Virus record (IMG/VR): IMGVR_UViG_2711768076_000013
Strand: one strand, 5' to 3'
Origin: a virus
Taxonomy: Duplodnaviria; Heunggongvirae; Uroviricota; Caudoviricetes
DNA: 36,917 nt
Below the pieces are notes generated by a model. That model was not told where the DNA came from, searched no databases, and saw only the letters and a program-made list of their open reading frames with translations. The translations under genes were made by a program, and so were the position numbers. Positions 36,660 through 36,917 of the stretch are shown here, piece by piece (the stretch's first letter is position 1; each line of letters starts with the position of its first letter).

Positions 36660-36917
36660 TCAGGCGTCCAGATTTTCTTTCACCCATGCAGCAAAATCGG
36701 TATAGCCGCCGATATGTTGCTGATCGACAAAAATCTGCGGCACGGTTTCTACGGGTTTACCTGCCTTTTGTTGTAGATCTTCTTTAGTGATCCCTTCCGC
36801 ACGAATATCTACATACTGATACTGAAAATCATCGCGTTCATTGCTCAATTTCTCAGCCAGATCTTTTGCACGCACACAGTAAGGGCAACCCGAACGACCA
36901 AAAATAACGGTTTGCAT
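36660..36917 (-). CDS. grxA: Glutaredoxin 1
   Basis: MQTVIFGRSGCPYCVRAKDLAEKL... has the CPYC active site and matches E. coli GrxA as recalled over 85 aa; its start codon is at the window edge. Confidence 0.9.
   Translation of the reverse strand: MQTVIFGRSGCPYCVRAKDLAEKLSNERDDFQYQYVDIRAEGITKEDLQQKAGKPVETVPQIFVDQQHIGGYTDFAAWVKENLDA

Noticed and set aside
1-36917. CRISPR arrays, tRNA/rRNA genes and insertion sequences
   Set aside because: No regularly spaced direct repeats, no cloverleaf-like tRNA candidates at the junctions and no transposase-like ORFs were seen by inspection.

Overview
The window holds an almost complete P2/186-family temperate prophage (about 1..34140) and, at the right end, host genes resembling E. 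coli ybjL, ybjM and grxA. The phage left attachment site lies outside the window, and the right one is expected between ogr and ybjL. The prophage has a 186-like lysis-lysogeny switch (integrase, CI, Apl/Cox-like, CII, Fil-like), a Dam methylase coupled to replication gene A, an SOS-box-controlled DinI-like module, and a P2-like late region with Ogr and three TGT-N12-ACA late-promoter dyads. Three things stand out as cargo. First, an AT-rich three-gene cassette (1111..3315) sits between int and cI and is translationally coupled to cI; it encodes a HEPN-like/zinc-ribbon protein, a GNAT-like protein and an ASCH-domain protein, and is the best candidate for an undescribed lysogen-expressed defence or toxin system. 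Second, an AT-rich KAP-family P-loop NTPase with its own promoter lies next to a cos-like sequence at the classical P2 tin/old hotspot position. Third, a 1.87 kb invertible tail-fibre segment is bounded by perfect 36-bp inverted repeats and followed by a Hin/Gin-type invertase. All calls rest on reading the sequence and recalled family knowledge; no database search or computation was run.
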